Shown here one piece after another: positions 10,938 to 23,970 of a stretch of DNA of 64,000 nt. The first letter of the stretch is position 1; each line of letters starts with the position of its first letter. The stretch is taken from assembly GCA_030390025.1 (NCBI GenBank), contig CM059438.1:66652001-66716000 (forward strand), read 5' to 3'. Below the pieces are notes generated by a model. The model saw nothing but the letters and a program-made list of their open reading frames with translations. It ran no database searches and had not been told where the DNA came from. Source of the stretch: Squalus acanthias (taxonomy: Eukaryota). A program made the translations under genes and the position numbers.

Positions 10938-12644
10938 TTCATATGTTCCGTGGCCCTTAATCCCAATTACATGATAGCAGGAGGCCTTGAGAGGATGCTA
11001 TTGATGTCTCATTTATTTCTGGCGAATTGTGCACCAACAGGGAAGAGGGAGGAATTAAATAATTGAAGGTGAGGGTTTAATAAAAATTAATTAAAATTTG
11101 CAGTTCTGGTTTCTAAGATACTTCTGTCCAGTTGCGTGACAATTTTCAGATTGATGTATGCGGCTTGATTGATCAGGACACGTGAAATGGGATTCTTTGC
11201 AGTGGTGTGAGGTATTTATGGTCAGATATGATGCACCTGAGTTTTTCAAAGAGATTTAGACAGCCTAAGAATGTAAAGAAAAGGTTTTGGATGTTCGAAA
11301 GAAGCTTTCAGAAAAGTTAAGTTTTACAGATCAAAGTAGAAAGTGTATTCCAGTAATGAATTCAGTAGCGTGAGGTTTGAAGTAGCATAGGACTTGCTAG
11401 ACGGAAAAAGAACCAAGCTCCATATAGTTCGCCTTCTACCATCCTGGTAGTTGCATGATACAACGGTGGAGTTGTTGACTGATCGTATCAATCAATCTCT
11501 ATTAATTAGTCTACAACAGACCCAGGTATGACGCAAGGAAAGTTTGGGGAACCATCGGTCCAAAATCACTTGTTTCTCCCAAGCATGCTACACGTACTAC
11601 GTGTCACATGTCAAATTACTCATGTACTGTATCCCAAAATGTTATTAAGTATAGGGAACCGGGTACGTTATAATGGCCAAAGGAGAAGATACAGTACGTG
11701 CAAAGTTAGCTGAAGTTAGGAAGAGAAGGGGACAGTGACCTTGGATGCTGATGACTCACAGCTGGTGTACCCCAGAGGTGAAGCCACAGCAGCGCCGAGG
11801 AAGGTTGCTCAAGGCAACAGGTTTATGATTTTATGCTCAAGCCACCTTGCTCTTTGGACAGCCTTAACAATAAAAGCCGAAAGCCTACCACTGATGTGTT
11901 GAATGTAGACTGTGAACTTAAACCTAAAATCCAAACTGTAAAGTTGGACATCAAATATAAATTCATTACACTGTTCTTAAGAAAAACCCAGATAAGGTTG
12001 GCATACTGCGATACTTATAGTTAAGTCACTGTTGTGCTTCTTATGGTTTAGAATCTCTTGATTCTAAGTTTCAGTTTATTATCGTGATCGGTGACACTGA
12101 ACGTCGTAATGGTACAAATAGTGTTATTGTAGATTTGTCAAATAAAGTTGCTGATGCATTTCTGTGCCTGACTCAGACCTTGATGCCTCTAGCCCCAGTA
12201 AGAGTTCAGGTGCACTTCACTCGGTCTTGAACTGTCATCTTGCTGTTGACAGGTCTGGCTGAGTCAATCAATATTTGGGACAGGGTTGTGTAGGATGATT
12301 TCAAGAGTGCTAATTTCAGCATCATATATGAAACTCTAGAAAGAAAGGATAAATCCGAATCACATGTATATCTTTTATTTGCATGTGTATTGTCAATCTC
12401 CCATACTGTTGCACATTGGAAGTCTAGTCCAAGTGTTGACTTCAGGTGAAGCGAGGTTAGAGGTTGGGGATGATTGGACAAGGATGCACTGATGTAGCAA
12501 TTTTAATAAGATACAGGAAGATGTATAACATAAAATACATATTCAGCCTCATTTTAATGTCACACATTCTGTCCTTATTTTTGTATAATACCTTATTATT
12601 ACAGTTAAGTAGTTAAATTTATGGCAGTAGGAAGTAGAGATGTA

Positions 12645-13073
12645 GGCCCTGATATTTACTGGGGCGGGATTTCCAAGTGGGCGGGAGGGAGGGGTTCAAT
12701 CGTGGAGAGGGAAGCTGGTTAGTTTTGGAGGGCCAGCGGGGGGGAGCATTCCTACTCCTCTTGGCCCACAAGCAGTGCTGGAAAAGCACTTACCCTCTTC
12801 CATGCAGCCATCCTCACCTCCCTTTAGCTGTTGGGTTTCCCTAGGCCCGGGAAACCTGGCGGCCAGGTTTAAACCTGGAATATAGGTTAAATCCGAGGCA
12901 CGCAGCCTCGTTCAAATATTTAAATAACCAACCTGCCTCCTGGGAGCGGGTTGGTTGCCCGTCCCCGTCCTGCCTCTGTTAAAACCGGAAGTGGGCACAT
13001 TCGGGTTTGAGATTTAAAAAATTTTTACATCCCAACCCAAACCCACCCGTTTTTGGGGGTTAAAAGTCCCTTC
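12645..13073. mobile_element. Degenerate Harbinger-type MITE
   Basis: GC-rich block bounded by eroded termini GGCCCTGATATTT / AAAAGTCCCTTC and a 3-bp duplication GTA on both sides. Confidence 0.6.
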
Positions 13074-13995
13074 GTAGAGTTGGTTGGAGAATAGGAGTTT
13101 CTGTGCAGGAGAGACCGAGGAGCTGGGAAATGCAAAACTGGGGTGCTATGGGACCACTACTGGTAGGAGGGCGTCATTACTGAAGTCGTGCTGATTGAAT
13201 TGAATGAATCTGATCGAAACTGTTGTTCTGATTCAGTGATATAAAGCAGCTTATTGATTCATATCCAGCTCCTTCTCACCAAGCATTTGCTTGGTCCATT
13301 TTCAGAAAGGTTGAAGAAGTGTACGTGAAAGATGCTAAGGGGACATTATTCTACACCTCCAGGCTGTGCTATCGCACAGGGTGGTAAGAGTCAATTCCAC
13401 AAAAGTAGGATGCTCAGCTTACAGGAGCGACTGACACTCCTAAATCTGAGGAAGTATCTATAGCATTTGTAACAGCAATGTGTGGCAAAGTTGTGTGGCA
13501 GTCTAACTGGATAGACATCTTCTTTTACCATTTGTTTCAATCTTTTCTGGTCCGTCTGATGATCTATGGGGTTGTCGGTTAAGTTTCCTTTACCCTGATA
13601 AAAATCATAATTATTAATGTGAAGAACTGTTGCCTTCTTTCTTCATAAAGTGCAATGAAAATTTAAAAAAACATGAGGCAGATGTAACTCACCCCATTCC
13701 CCGCTGGTTTCCAGCTTGTAACAACACACCGCTGTGGGGGAAAACAAATGGGCATAAAGCCCTAACAGAAGCTTTTGAAATAATTTGACATCTCATAAAT
13801 TTAATTTTGTCAATGTGAAGTTTTAAATTTGGGATGTAATAATTGCTGATAAACCGGATTTAAATTTTGACAATTAATCTATGTTATGTAACAGCCGGTA
13901 AAAACCTGGATGCTCAATATTCAATCGACTTAATCAATTGAGCACTGAAGGTGCTGCAGAGTACAGGAAACTCTTGTTTAACCGGCACCTAAATA

Positions 13996-14327
13996 CAGGA
14001 AACTTTCGTTTATCCGGCACCCAAATATCCGGAATTCTCGCTTAACCGGCAAAAATCAGGTAAGTTTTATTGTACAGACAAGACCCCGATTCTGACCTTT
14101 CGCCCCCACGAAAGGGGGGTCAACGTTCTTCCGACTCGGACCTGTCACGGCCACAGAGGAAAAAGCCGGAGTCTCGTTTACTTTCCCTCTCCGGGTCCCA
14201 ATTGTTAAGCCTGTGGCCGTGTACGGGGCTCTCGTACCTTGGTAAGGATTGCTCTCTGTAATCCGGCACTTTCGATCAACCGGCACCACGCCGGTCCCGT
14301 CGGTGCCGGATAAACGAAAGTTTCCTG
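13996..14327. mobile_element. Tc1/mariner-pogo (Tigger-like) MITE, inner copy nested in a related element
   Basis: Perfect 26-bp TIR CAGGAAACTTTCGTTTATCCGGCACC with TA TSD at 13994-13995 and 14328-14329. Confidence 0.9.
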
Positions 14328-14360
14328 TATCCGGAATTCTCTCTTAACCGGCAAAAATCA

Positions 14361-14505
14361 TACTCTGAAAACTCCTCTCAAATAACCGGCAATGTTGCCG
14401 AGTCCGAGTCCGAGTCTCCCGCGAACGCCGAGTACTCCAAAAACTCCTCTCAAATAACCGGCAATGTTGCCGAGTCCGAGTCTGAGTCTCCCGCGAACGC
14501 CGAGT
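14361..14505 (+). repeat. 72-bp tandem duplication inside the outer Tigger-like MITE
   Basis: TACTC..AAAACTCCTCTCAAATAACCGGCAATGTTGCCGAGTCCGAGTC.GAGTCTCCCGCGAACGCCGAG starts at 14361 and again at 14433. Confidence 0.9.
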
Positions 14506-15475
14506 TAGTCAGTGGGGGTAGTTCTCCAAAGTGCCACTACTCGGCCTCCTGGCGCTGTCGGAAGTCCGAACACTGCAGTAACAGGAGTCTGATTCTCCTG
14601 CGCTGCCGGGAGTCTCACTTACTGTTAAGTAATTAAAGAGTTATGGATTACCCTCAACTGGCAGTACTGTACTTAATCAAGCATCTTCCACCATCCATTT
14701 AACACAACATTCTGTAGGTGAGTAACCAAATACTGTTTACTGCACATTTCTTGATTTTTTAATGTTAAAAATAGCCTCGGTAGATATAACTCTCCGTTAT
14801 CCGGAACTTTCGATCAACCGGCACCACGCCGGTCCCGTCGGTGCCGGATACCAAAGAGTTTCCTGTATATTGATGCATGAGGCACCTATGGTTAATCCAT
14901 GATGCAATTACTGAACAGTATTCAATAATTCCATGTAAAAGGGCAACAAAGAGAACAAGAGGAAGACAGGGAGCTCTTTGATTTTCAAGAACAAGACAAC
15001 TAAGTGAGAAGGTGAAGCCCATGATGATTCCTTAATTCCAAATTGGAAGAGGCCACCAAGAAAGAACAGGAACCTTCACTGAGGATTAGAGAGACAATAA
15101 GGCAAAGTGCTGTCAATTGGTGCCAAGTAAGCCACAAAAGAAGGAAGCAAGCTAGACTGACATCCGTGACAAGAGGAAAGTTTACATTGAGTAATGTAAA
15201 TCTCCAAGAATTTAAACATTTAAAATCATTATTAGCACTGTTGCAGCCTACATTTGTAGTTAATTTGAAAGATATCTGACTTTGCTAAAGCTCTTGTTCG
15301 GGTGAGAGACAACACAAAGCAAATAAAATAAAGGTGATGAACAGTATTAATGAAGTAACAAGAAGTATGATGACCCATGTATGTTTGTATGGCCCTGAAC
15401 TTCCTTCAACAGAAGGAAAGGATTATCTGGCACTTTGGACAGAGATGGTCAGGTATAAGAATAAGATTCAGACAA

Positions 15476-16643
15476 GAGAGTGACTGCCCTTGACATCAAG
15501 GCAGCATTTAACTGAGTGTGGCAAGAGGGAGTCCTAGTAAAATTGAAGTCAATGGAAATCAGGGGGGAAATTCTCCACTGGCTGGAGTCATAGCTAGCAC
15601 AAAGGAAGGTGGTTGTTGGAGACCAATCATCACAGCCGCAGGACATCGCTGCAGGAGTTCCTCAGGGCAGTGTCCTAGGCCCAACCATCTTCAGCTGCTT
15701 CATCAATGACCTTCCCTCCATCATACGGTCAGAAGTGGGGTTGTTCGCTGATGATTGCACAGTGTTCAGTTCCATTCGCAACTCCTCAGATAATGAAGCA
15801 GTCCGTGCCCGCAAGCAGCAAGACCTGGACAATATTCAGGCTTGGGCTGATAAGTGGCAGGTAACATTCGCGCCACACAAGTGCCAGGTAATGTCCATCT
15901 CTAACAAGAGAGAGTCTAACCACCTCCCTTTAACATTTAATGCATAACCATCGTCGAATTCCCCACCATCAACATCCTGGGGGTTAACATTGATCAGTAA
16001 CTTAATTGGACCAGCCACATAAATACTGTGGCTACAAGAGCAGGTCAGAGGCTGGGAATTCTACATCGAGTGACTCACCTCCTGACTCCCCAAAGCCTTT
16101 CCACCATCTACAAGGCACAAGTCAGGAGTGTGATGGAATACTCTCCACTTGCCTGGATGAGTGCGGCTCCAACAACACTCAAGAAGCTCGACACCATCCA
16201 GGACAAAGCAGCCCGCTTGATTGGCACCCCATCCACCACCTTAAACATTCACTCCCTGCACTACCGACGTACCGTGGCTGCAGTGCGTACCATCTACAAG
16301 ATGCACTGCAGCAACTTACCAAGGCTTCTTCGACAGCACCTTCCAAACCCGCGACCTCTACCACCTAGAAGGACAAGGGCAGCAGACGCATGGGAACACC
16401 ACCACCTTCAAGTTCCCCTCCAAGTTACACACCATCCTGACTTGGAAATATATCGCCATTCCTTCATTATTGCTGAGTCTAAATCCTGGAACCCCTCCCT
16501 AACAGCACTGTGGAAGTATCTTCACCGTACGGACTGCAGCGGTTCATGAAGGTGGCTCACCACCACCTTCTCAAGGGCAGCTAGGGATGGGCAATAAATG
16601 CTGGTCGTGCCAGCGAAGCCCACATCCCATGAATGAATAAAAA
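15476..16643 (+). mobile_element. 5'-truncated LINE of the CR1/L2 group (clade uncertain), RT remnant
   Basis: [20 protein letters not shown]...LFADDC and YKAQVRSVMEYSPLAW motifs, in-frame stops, and tail ATGAATGAATAAAAA. Confidence 0.85.
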
Positions 16644-17644
16644 TGAACAGCCCCCAGGGACTATCCTCAATTGGCATCTCACCTCTTATGTGGTAATGTG
16701 GTTTGCCATTTCTCTTCCTCTATTGGTGTGCTTTGATCAATGTGTTCTGCATCAAGATGTGAAACTGTATGTCTTGTGAAAGAACAGGAAAAAGACAGTC
16801 TTAAGCCCTTTGGCAATTCCTGGTGAATGAAGTGAAACAAGTACTCCATATCTAACAGTTACTCAGAGGAAAATTCAATCCCCTGGATCCGCTACAATTT
16901 ACCTTCAAAGGATATCTTCACAGTTCTCACTAATCCAAGTCCTGTCAGTAGATAAACAGTCACCCCAACTCACAGATTGGAGAGATATGGGGGAGTTGGC
17001 TGCTTGAAGGAAGTTGTGACTTACATGAAGATGGAAGATAAGGTGCCATGAGTAAAATTCTCCCTCAGAATAGTACGTTTTAAAATTGTTTGGTGAAACT
17101 CAATAACATTTATCGAAATGGATTGCACGAATCAGGAAATAGCTGCCTAGTCTCCTCTTGCCCGTTGTGGTTATGAGGACATTGAGGTCTTTCTGAGTGT
17201 TCCTTTCTCAAAGAACCTCTGTGAATGAACCCTGCCATCCGATCAAATTGAGATGGAATAAATTACTTTCACAGCAGTTGGCATGATGAATAATGTACTG
17301 AATTAACTGTTGGAAACAAGCCAAAAGATTGACAGTTGCTGTGCCCTAAATGAAACTAGTTCTTGTATCTATTTGGGTATGAAAATTGCAAACATTTCCT
17401 GGAGGGGTGACCTGCACTTAGCAGGTGAAATGGAAATCTTACGCTTTCCCAGTGCAATTCGGAACATCAATTGGAGTTCAAACCTTCTTCAACACAGTGT
17501 GACTTTGGATAGGAAAACACAAGAGACTTTACAAGGACTGAAAGATGGTGATGGCGTTGCAGACGGGGAAGCTTAAAGAAGCCACATTCTTGCAACAAGA
17601 AATGGAGCTGATTGAAAGGAATCTTCCACAACTCCACTTCCAGT

Positions 17645-18105
17645 GTCAGCCGTGGCTCAGTTGCAGCACTCTTGCTTCTGAGTCACAAGGTTGTGGGTTC
17701 AAATCCCACTTCAGAGACTTGAGCACAAAAATCTAGGCTGACACTCCCAGTGCAGTCCTGAAAGAGTTCTGCCCTGTCGGAGGTTCCGTCTTCCGGATGA
17801 GACGTTAAAACGAGGCCCTGTCTGCTTTCTAAGATGGACGTAAAAGATGCCATGACACTATTTCGAAGAAGAGCAGGTTAGTTATCCCTGGTGTCCTGAC
17901 CAATCCTTCAATCAACATCACAAAAACAGTTAACTGCTCATTATCACATTGCTGTTTGTGGGAGCTTGCTGTGCACAAATTGGCTGCTGCGTTTCCTACA
18001 TTACAACAGTGACTCCACTTTAAAAGTGCTTCATTGGCTGTAAAGTGCTTTGGGACATCCTGAGGGTGTGAAAGGCGCTATATAAATGCAAATCTTTCTT
18101 TTCTT
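17645..18105 (+). mobile_element. Full-length Deu-domain SINE
   Basis: Head GTCAGCCGTGGCTCAGT...GGTTCAAATCCC, core and tail are colinear with 4687-5158. Confidence 0.88.
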
Positions 18106-18996
18106 GGTCAAAAGAAATAAAGAGGACACAGCTGCAAATTCTGTTCTGAAGGGATTTCTTTATGCCTAGTAAGTTAAGAATTATCACCTGGTTCAGGGAG
18201 TTCCAGAGCTGCTGCTATGTAAAGCTTATCAGAAGATTTACAGTAATTAGATTTAGCAGTTTTAAGTGCTTCGGAATGGTGCGTCTAATTTACAGCAGGG
18301 TACAGCAAATTGAGGCTGAGCAGAGAGTCCTCACGATCTCTGCTAAATTATGCTTTGTTAGCTTTGTGCGGGTAACAACTGAGGATGGTGCAGCTGAGTG
18401 TTTGCAGGCATGGTTGCTGATGTGAAAGCATGTGAGCTCCCTAAATTTGTGAGCACCACATTAATTATCGTGCGAACTATCCTGCACTGGAACCCCCCCA
18501 CAGACTTAAGTTCGTAAAGCGCCGTTGGTTGGTTTACCTGAGAGAATGCTCTGCAGCATCTATCTTCTCGCTGACATTTTCTGAGCCAAAAGGTGAATCG
18601 GAAAGTTGGTCACTGGAGCTCAAGGTTGCTCTGCCAGGCTGTGCACACGGAAAGGAAAGAACTGTTTCAGTCCAGCACTCTCCAGATGGCACGCTCCTCA
18701 ATCTCTATGCAATTTAAAAAGAGAAAGTACAATTTATTCATAAATTAGACCTTTTAACTAGAGGATGCACGACCAACCAGTGTCTAAGAGTGCAGTCAGA
18801 TGATACCCATAGGGTTAGCACGAAGCAGACTGGTTTTGCACTAATGTTGCAGTTATCGTGTAAATGCAGCCTGAATTCAACCTTGGGACCTGACCGACTG
18901 AGTGAGATTCCCTGAAGGTTGTCGTCTCACTCCATTTGGCTTTAAAGACAATTACCACTCGACAAGATGAGTATTGGCATGAAGTGGTTTCAATTT

Positions 18997-20764
18997 AGCA
19001 GAAAATGTTACCGGCGCTGAGAGGGTGGGATGGGAGGCGGGTCAGCTGTCAAAATAGAAAAGATTGACAGTGGGTCGGAAACCCGCTGTCAAGCCACCTC
19101 CACGCGAGTCTCCCTGATGTCGGGTCTGTCAGTGCTGAACAGACCCGACACCAAGCAGCGGGGGAGATCATTTAGATCATTAAATGCATTGCTAAGAGGC
19201 AATTAAGTCTTATTTTAAGCTTATCTTTAGATTTTTAGAGTTCGCCAACGGCTTCCCCGCTGCTCGGGGATCACGTCAGGTAAGGAGGTCGGGTGTTGTG
19301 TCAGCATGTGATGATTACTAACTTGACAGCTGCAAATGGTCTATAAAAGCTCCCATTTCATAGGTCTTCACTTTCCAAGGTTAGAAGCTTTTGGAAGACA
19401 GATTGAGCTTTATGCAGCGAGCAAGTGTTTGGAGCAAACTCTCTATCCAGTTTCACCTCATTGGAACAACCTCTCTCACCATTGACAGATTGCTTCTGTC
19501 ATCTCAATCTCACCTGCCATCTATTCCATCAGCATCGGTGCCCTTGAAAAAATCTCACCTTGGTCCGCAGAATCCCAACACGATCAGCCCCAACACCAGC
19601 AGCACCAACATCAACACCAACATTCTCCACAATCAACAGATGCTGCACAAGACACATGGCATCAGCACATGACCACATTGCTGCCCGGGAGGCCAGAGAT
19701 GGCCTCACCATAGCCAGAATTACTTTGCTGCACACCCTGGCTGCCACATGATGCACCAGGTTGGCACTACCCCACACCATCACCATAAAGCATTTCTAAA
19801 ATGCCCAAGCCATTCCTTTCACACTCATCACCATTGCGGGGGGTGGGGTGGGGGAAGGGTACCGTTATGTCTCACCATTCACTGCAACTCACTGAGCCAC
19901 TTCCAACGGTGCACACAAATCTGTCCAAGAACGCAAAGAGTTGAAAATAAAGATTTCAATGTTTAACTGCATATTAACAGAAAATTTACATGAACATTGC
20001 ATAAAACACCCAAGTGCCTACCATTGTGTGTTGTTAGTTGGAATCATTACACTAGGATGAGGGTGAGTGTGAGGAGTGGCTAGTGAGATGGGGAAGTGAT
20101 AATATAGATAGAGAGGGATGGGTGGAGTTGCAAGGTAAGTTGGTGTGATTAAGAATTTGCAGGAGTAGGGTAGAGAAGGCAGAGTGATGGGGATGTGATG
20201 AGTGGTACAGCAGGATGAGGTTGAGTGTGGCTTAGCAGTAACATTTTGTGCTCTACTGGGATAATTGAAAGGTTTGCGCCACTGCAGCCTGGTCCTCCTG
20301 ACGACATCCCTGCTTGTGCCCTCCTGTGCAATGTACAACCAGGTTGCATTGGTCTCCTGGTGAGGTCTCTTCCGCTCATTGGAAGGGAAGAGAACCTCCC
20401 TGCGTGCTGTGACTCTCTCCATAAGCATATGGAGGGAGTCATGGGAGAGCCTGGGTGCAGCCGTGCACCTTTGTGCAGTGCTTGTCAGTGTTTGCAGCAC
20501 CTCAATGCTGTAGAACACGGACAGCAGAACTGTCAAAATCAATTTGGACATGGCCCCTTTAAGGAAACCGGCTGATGACGTGTCATCAAATGACGTCATC
20601 AGACCCGTTTCCTTTTAATTGCCCGGGAACCTCGCAGGGCGGGCTTAACAAGCCCTATTAACGTAAAATCACTTGGAGAGAGTGGGCTGCAGTAGGCAGC
20701 GGGCTGGGACCGCGACACCGACCCCGGCCGCCCCAGACCCAGCTCGGTTGGCGAAATCGCGGCC
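18997..20764. mobile_element. Internally deleted Harbinger element, family A copy 1 (Myb/SANT exon on -, possible transposase C-terminal stub on +)
   Basis: Right terminus GAAATCGCGGCC; the left end is eroded and approximate. Colinear in reverse with 25964-30771. The minus strand encodes AAPRLSHDSLHMLMERVTARREVLFPS...TWLYIAQEGTSRDVVRRTRLQWRKPFN. Confidence 0.8.
20255..20485 (-). pseudogene. Myb/SANT-like (MSANTD/NAIF1-type) DNA-binding domain remnant of Harbinger ORF
   Basis: Pattern [R]-[FL]-S...LL..V......LF...W..IA......RT..Q.RK.[FW]ND is characteristic of Harbinger-associated Myb/SANT domains. The ATG seen in copy 2 is mutated here. Confidence 0.75.
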
Positions 20765-21653
20765 ATGGAGAGTGAAGCAATTCTAAATGCAGTCTCTAGG
20801 TGCTTGGACATGTTCTACAATAAAAATTGATTTAAACAATTTCAATTCAAGAAAAAGAATAGAATGAGGTTAAATGATCTGATGCAGCTGCTGCCATAAG
20901 AATGCATTTTAAATGTTCACCTATTATATTTCAGTACTCGTCAAAATAAACCTGAACTGTAACAGCCAGTCTCTAGATGTTATTTGAGGGGAAGAAAAAA
21001 CCTGCTTGTGACTTACCGATGACATCTTTCAACCATAATCATACTTGTCTTCTCCATTTCGTAGCTGAAAGATAAGGAGCTCATATTTCAAACTTAACTA
21101 CTTCAGGCCAACAGCAATTAAAATTAATTTTTGCTGCCCACCCCTTGAAATGTCTCTGTGCCAAAGGGGGGAAAAAAATAACTTGGAGGAAGCGAACAGC
21201 AGTACATTTTTAAGTAGCTGTAGCTCCTTTGGAAATGCAATGGCTTTGGATATGCTCATTGTTGCTTGACGACAGCAACATCGTCAATGAAAGGATTGCT
21301 GTGCCAAGATGTGAAGGGAATTATGTTTGATGTACATGCTCCACCTAATTAAATTGAATGGAATCACTTTTTAAGGACTTGAACAATTTCCAACTCTGCA
21401 TTAGTTGATTGAAACTGCGTTGGAAACTTCGGCTCCTTTCCAAGCCTTTTTGTTATGCAACAATCTTAATCAGCATTTGTGATGTTAAACAAACAGGTTT
21501 ACTCAATTTGGTTTGGCAACAGAAGTGCTTCAGCGTACTTTAGGTGCCTATGTGGTATTCTTCAAGGCAACAGATTGCCAAGACCTTTTCTCTTAAGCGG
21601 TCAAAATTTGTGCATTTATTGGACGAGTGCACTGTACTTAAGGCAACAACATG

Positions 21654-21830
21654 GTCGACAATTGTTTTCACCAGCTAGGTGGTAATCTGACAGAGCGGAT
21701 TGCCCACCCTTTATATAACTCACCTGATGTTCATTCCACTGACTTCAATGAAATGAAAATCGGGTGAGATTTTCTGAAGGACGGGCAATCTGTCAGATTG
21801 TCGCCTAGGTAGTGAAGACAAAAATTATAC
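21654..21830. mobile_element. Small fold-back (palindromic) MITE
   Basis: TTCACCAGCTAGGTGGTAATCTGACAGA pairs with TCTGTCAGATTGTCGCCTAGGTAGTGAA. Inner arms GATTGCCC/GGGCAATC and CTCACCTGAT/ATCGGGTGAG surround a central CCACTGACTTCAATG. Confidence 0.7.
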
Positions 21831-21934
21831 TGGCAAACTGTTGAACGAAGTTCATGACAGTGATGAAGGTACTTCTTGCCTGGATTCAACTATGTTCCCC
21901 TGGCTCAAGGAGATGTGGTGGTAAGCAGCATGAA

Positions 21935-22210
21935 GCACAAGTCTTTTAAGATAATTGGCAAAAAAAGGCAGTGGGGAGATGAGACTTTTTTAATCAGTGA
22001 GTTGTTATGAGTTGGAATGCTCTGCCTGAAAGGGTGGCGGAAGCAGATTCAGTCGCAATTTTCAAACGGGAAGTGGATATATACTTAAAAAGGAAAGATT
22101 TGCAGTGTTATGGGGAAAGAGCAGGGGAGTGGGACTAATTGGACAGCTCTTTCAAAGAGCACAGGCACGATGGGCCGAATGGTCTCCTTCTATCCTGTAT
22201 GATTCTATGA
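21935..22210 (+). mobile_element. CR1 LINE 3' end fragment
   Basis: TGGAATGCTCTGCCTGAAAGGGTGGCGGAAGCAGA...GGGCCGAATGGTCTCCTTCT...TATGATTCTATGA tail. Confidence 0.8.
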
Positions 22211-22804
22211 CATCACAAGTGACATCACAAGTGAAGCATAAACCACAAAAATAGTTTGTTATGTCCAGGTGATAAGTTTCAGACCTAAATCTTGTTAATT
22301 ATTGATGCAAAGTCATCATACATTTTGAACTCCTCCACCACCAGTTGTATACAGAAGACTGGAGGAACTCCTCACTTTATCTTTTAGTTGGAGCCCAATG
22401 ATAAAACTAAGTCAAATGAAATATCTTGAACCAAACCTCAAGATCGAAAAATGCTAAAGAATTAAATTACTGAATTAGTATTTATCATGCATGCACATTT
22501 ATAGACCATATATCTGTTAATAATTCTGTAGATGGATAAATATTATTGTCCAGTTGTTCTATGGAGCATTTCATTCCAATCTGTAGTTCCCTGGAATGAA
22601 AACATGGCTTTTTACACTTACTGGTCATGATGCCGAACCATTCTCTGAAACAAATATGTGCTTCAACCCGTCTACGTATTTTCAAGTACTCTAAGAACCT
22701 CTCAAACGTAATTAACAATTCAGTGGCACGTATCGGAGGAGAGGAAATATTTCTCATTTATGTAAACAAGAACTTATTGAAATACAAATCAATTGAAAAT
22801 TGAT

Positions 22805-22859
22805 TGAAACGTTTAGTTCATCCGTAAAGATGAAACGTTTAGTTCATCCGTAAAGATGA
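22805..22859 (+). repeat. Perfect 26-bp tandem duplication
   Basis: TGAAACGTTTAGTTCATCCGTAAAGA x2 (22805-22830, 22831-22856) plus TGA. Confidence 0.92.
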
Positions 22860-23230
22860 TGTATGTTTGAGTTTACACTGTCACACGGTAAGATCATTGG
22901 CAAAATAGAAACGTCAACAATATTTCCGTGTTGATCACCAAATAGAGGACCAAATCAGTTTTTCATTAAAAAAAAGTTGTTTCTGAGGCATTTTGAACTT
23001 CACTAGCCTGGGATTTAGTTTAACCAATTCAGATAGAAATAAAATGGCATTATTCCTTTTTTTAATATTTGATTTTAAGAGGGTTTCTCTCAGCAACCAG
23101 ACATTGCACGTGACTGAAGCTTTGTGAAAGATCATAAAACTGCATTGACCTTATACAGGTGTAACGCTTTTTAAGTACAAGGTAAAGACTGGTCATAGAG
23201 ATACACAGCAGGAAACAACAGTCTGAGAAC

Positions 23231-23399
23231 CAATGTTCCTCATAAGCTGCGCTTTGTTCTGCGCGGCCTGTTTCTTTTAATGCGCGGTTCCTTTAAATTT
23301 CCGCGCATGAGCTGTATTTACAATGTTAAAGCCAGTGAGCAGCTTGCAGGGGACCGTTCAGATTACTGCGCGTGCGTGCACACCTTAGCTGGAACATTG
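23231..23399. mobile_element. Short hAT-like MITE
   Basis: TIR CAATGTTCC..ATAAG / CTTAG.TGGAACATTG with GCGCG-rich subterminal motifs. No clean 8-bp TSD remains. Confidence 0.6.
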
Positions 23400-23970
23400 A
23401 CTCCGACTGAACCTTACAGTACACCAGAAATGACAACTTCGAGTTCTGAGCCAGCTTTTCATTTTCTTTTTGCAATTCATTTATCAGTTGACAACTTTGA
23501 AGAACCTGGCGCGAGCAATACCTATTGGTAATCTGGTACAAACTGATGGATGACTCACAGTCTCACATTCATGCCTCACATCAAGGAGAGCTGCAAGTGC
23601 AGATCGTGATCGATCAATATTCATCTAGTTCCTGTGACATGCACAACAATATTGATGGAATGTTTACAGTGGAAGTCAGACTATCGGCACTTACTCAAAT
23701 GATCTGGAGATGACGGGTTACATATCAAGCCAATCCCTTCTGTTGTGATGAGGTCACAAGGGAAGTGTGGCAGAAAGAGAAGTAAATGGACTTACTTTGA
23801 TTTAACAGGGCAAGCAAAACTCTTAAAAAATGATTCAAAGACAGAATAAATCTGTTCCACAGTCTTAACATTTATAATCCATGGATTTTTTTCTGAGATT
23901 GGTAATAAATAAGAATCCTTGAATGTTCAGTCTAACATTTTCTCTCAGAGGATTATTAGAGCATGGAATA

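Larger units (their letters stand above)
13964..14865. mobile_element. Tc1/mariner-pogo (Tigger-like) MITE, outer copy
   Basis: TIR CAGGAAACTCTTGTTTAACCGGCACC / GGTGCCGGATACCAAAGAGTTTCCTG, flanked by TA on both sides. Confidence 0.85.

Noticed and set aside
14361..14505. Repeat-spacer-like pattern (CRISPR-like)
   Set aside because: It is a simple two-unit tandem duplication in a eukaryotic MITE, with no unique spacers or cas genes.
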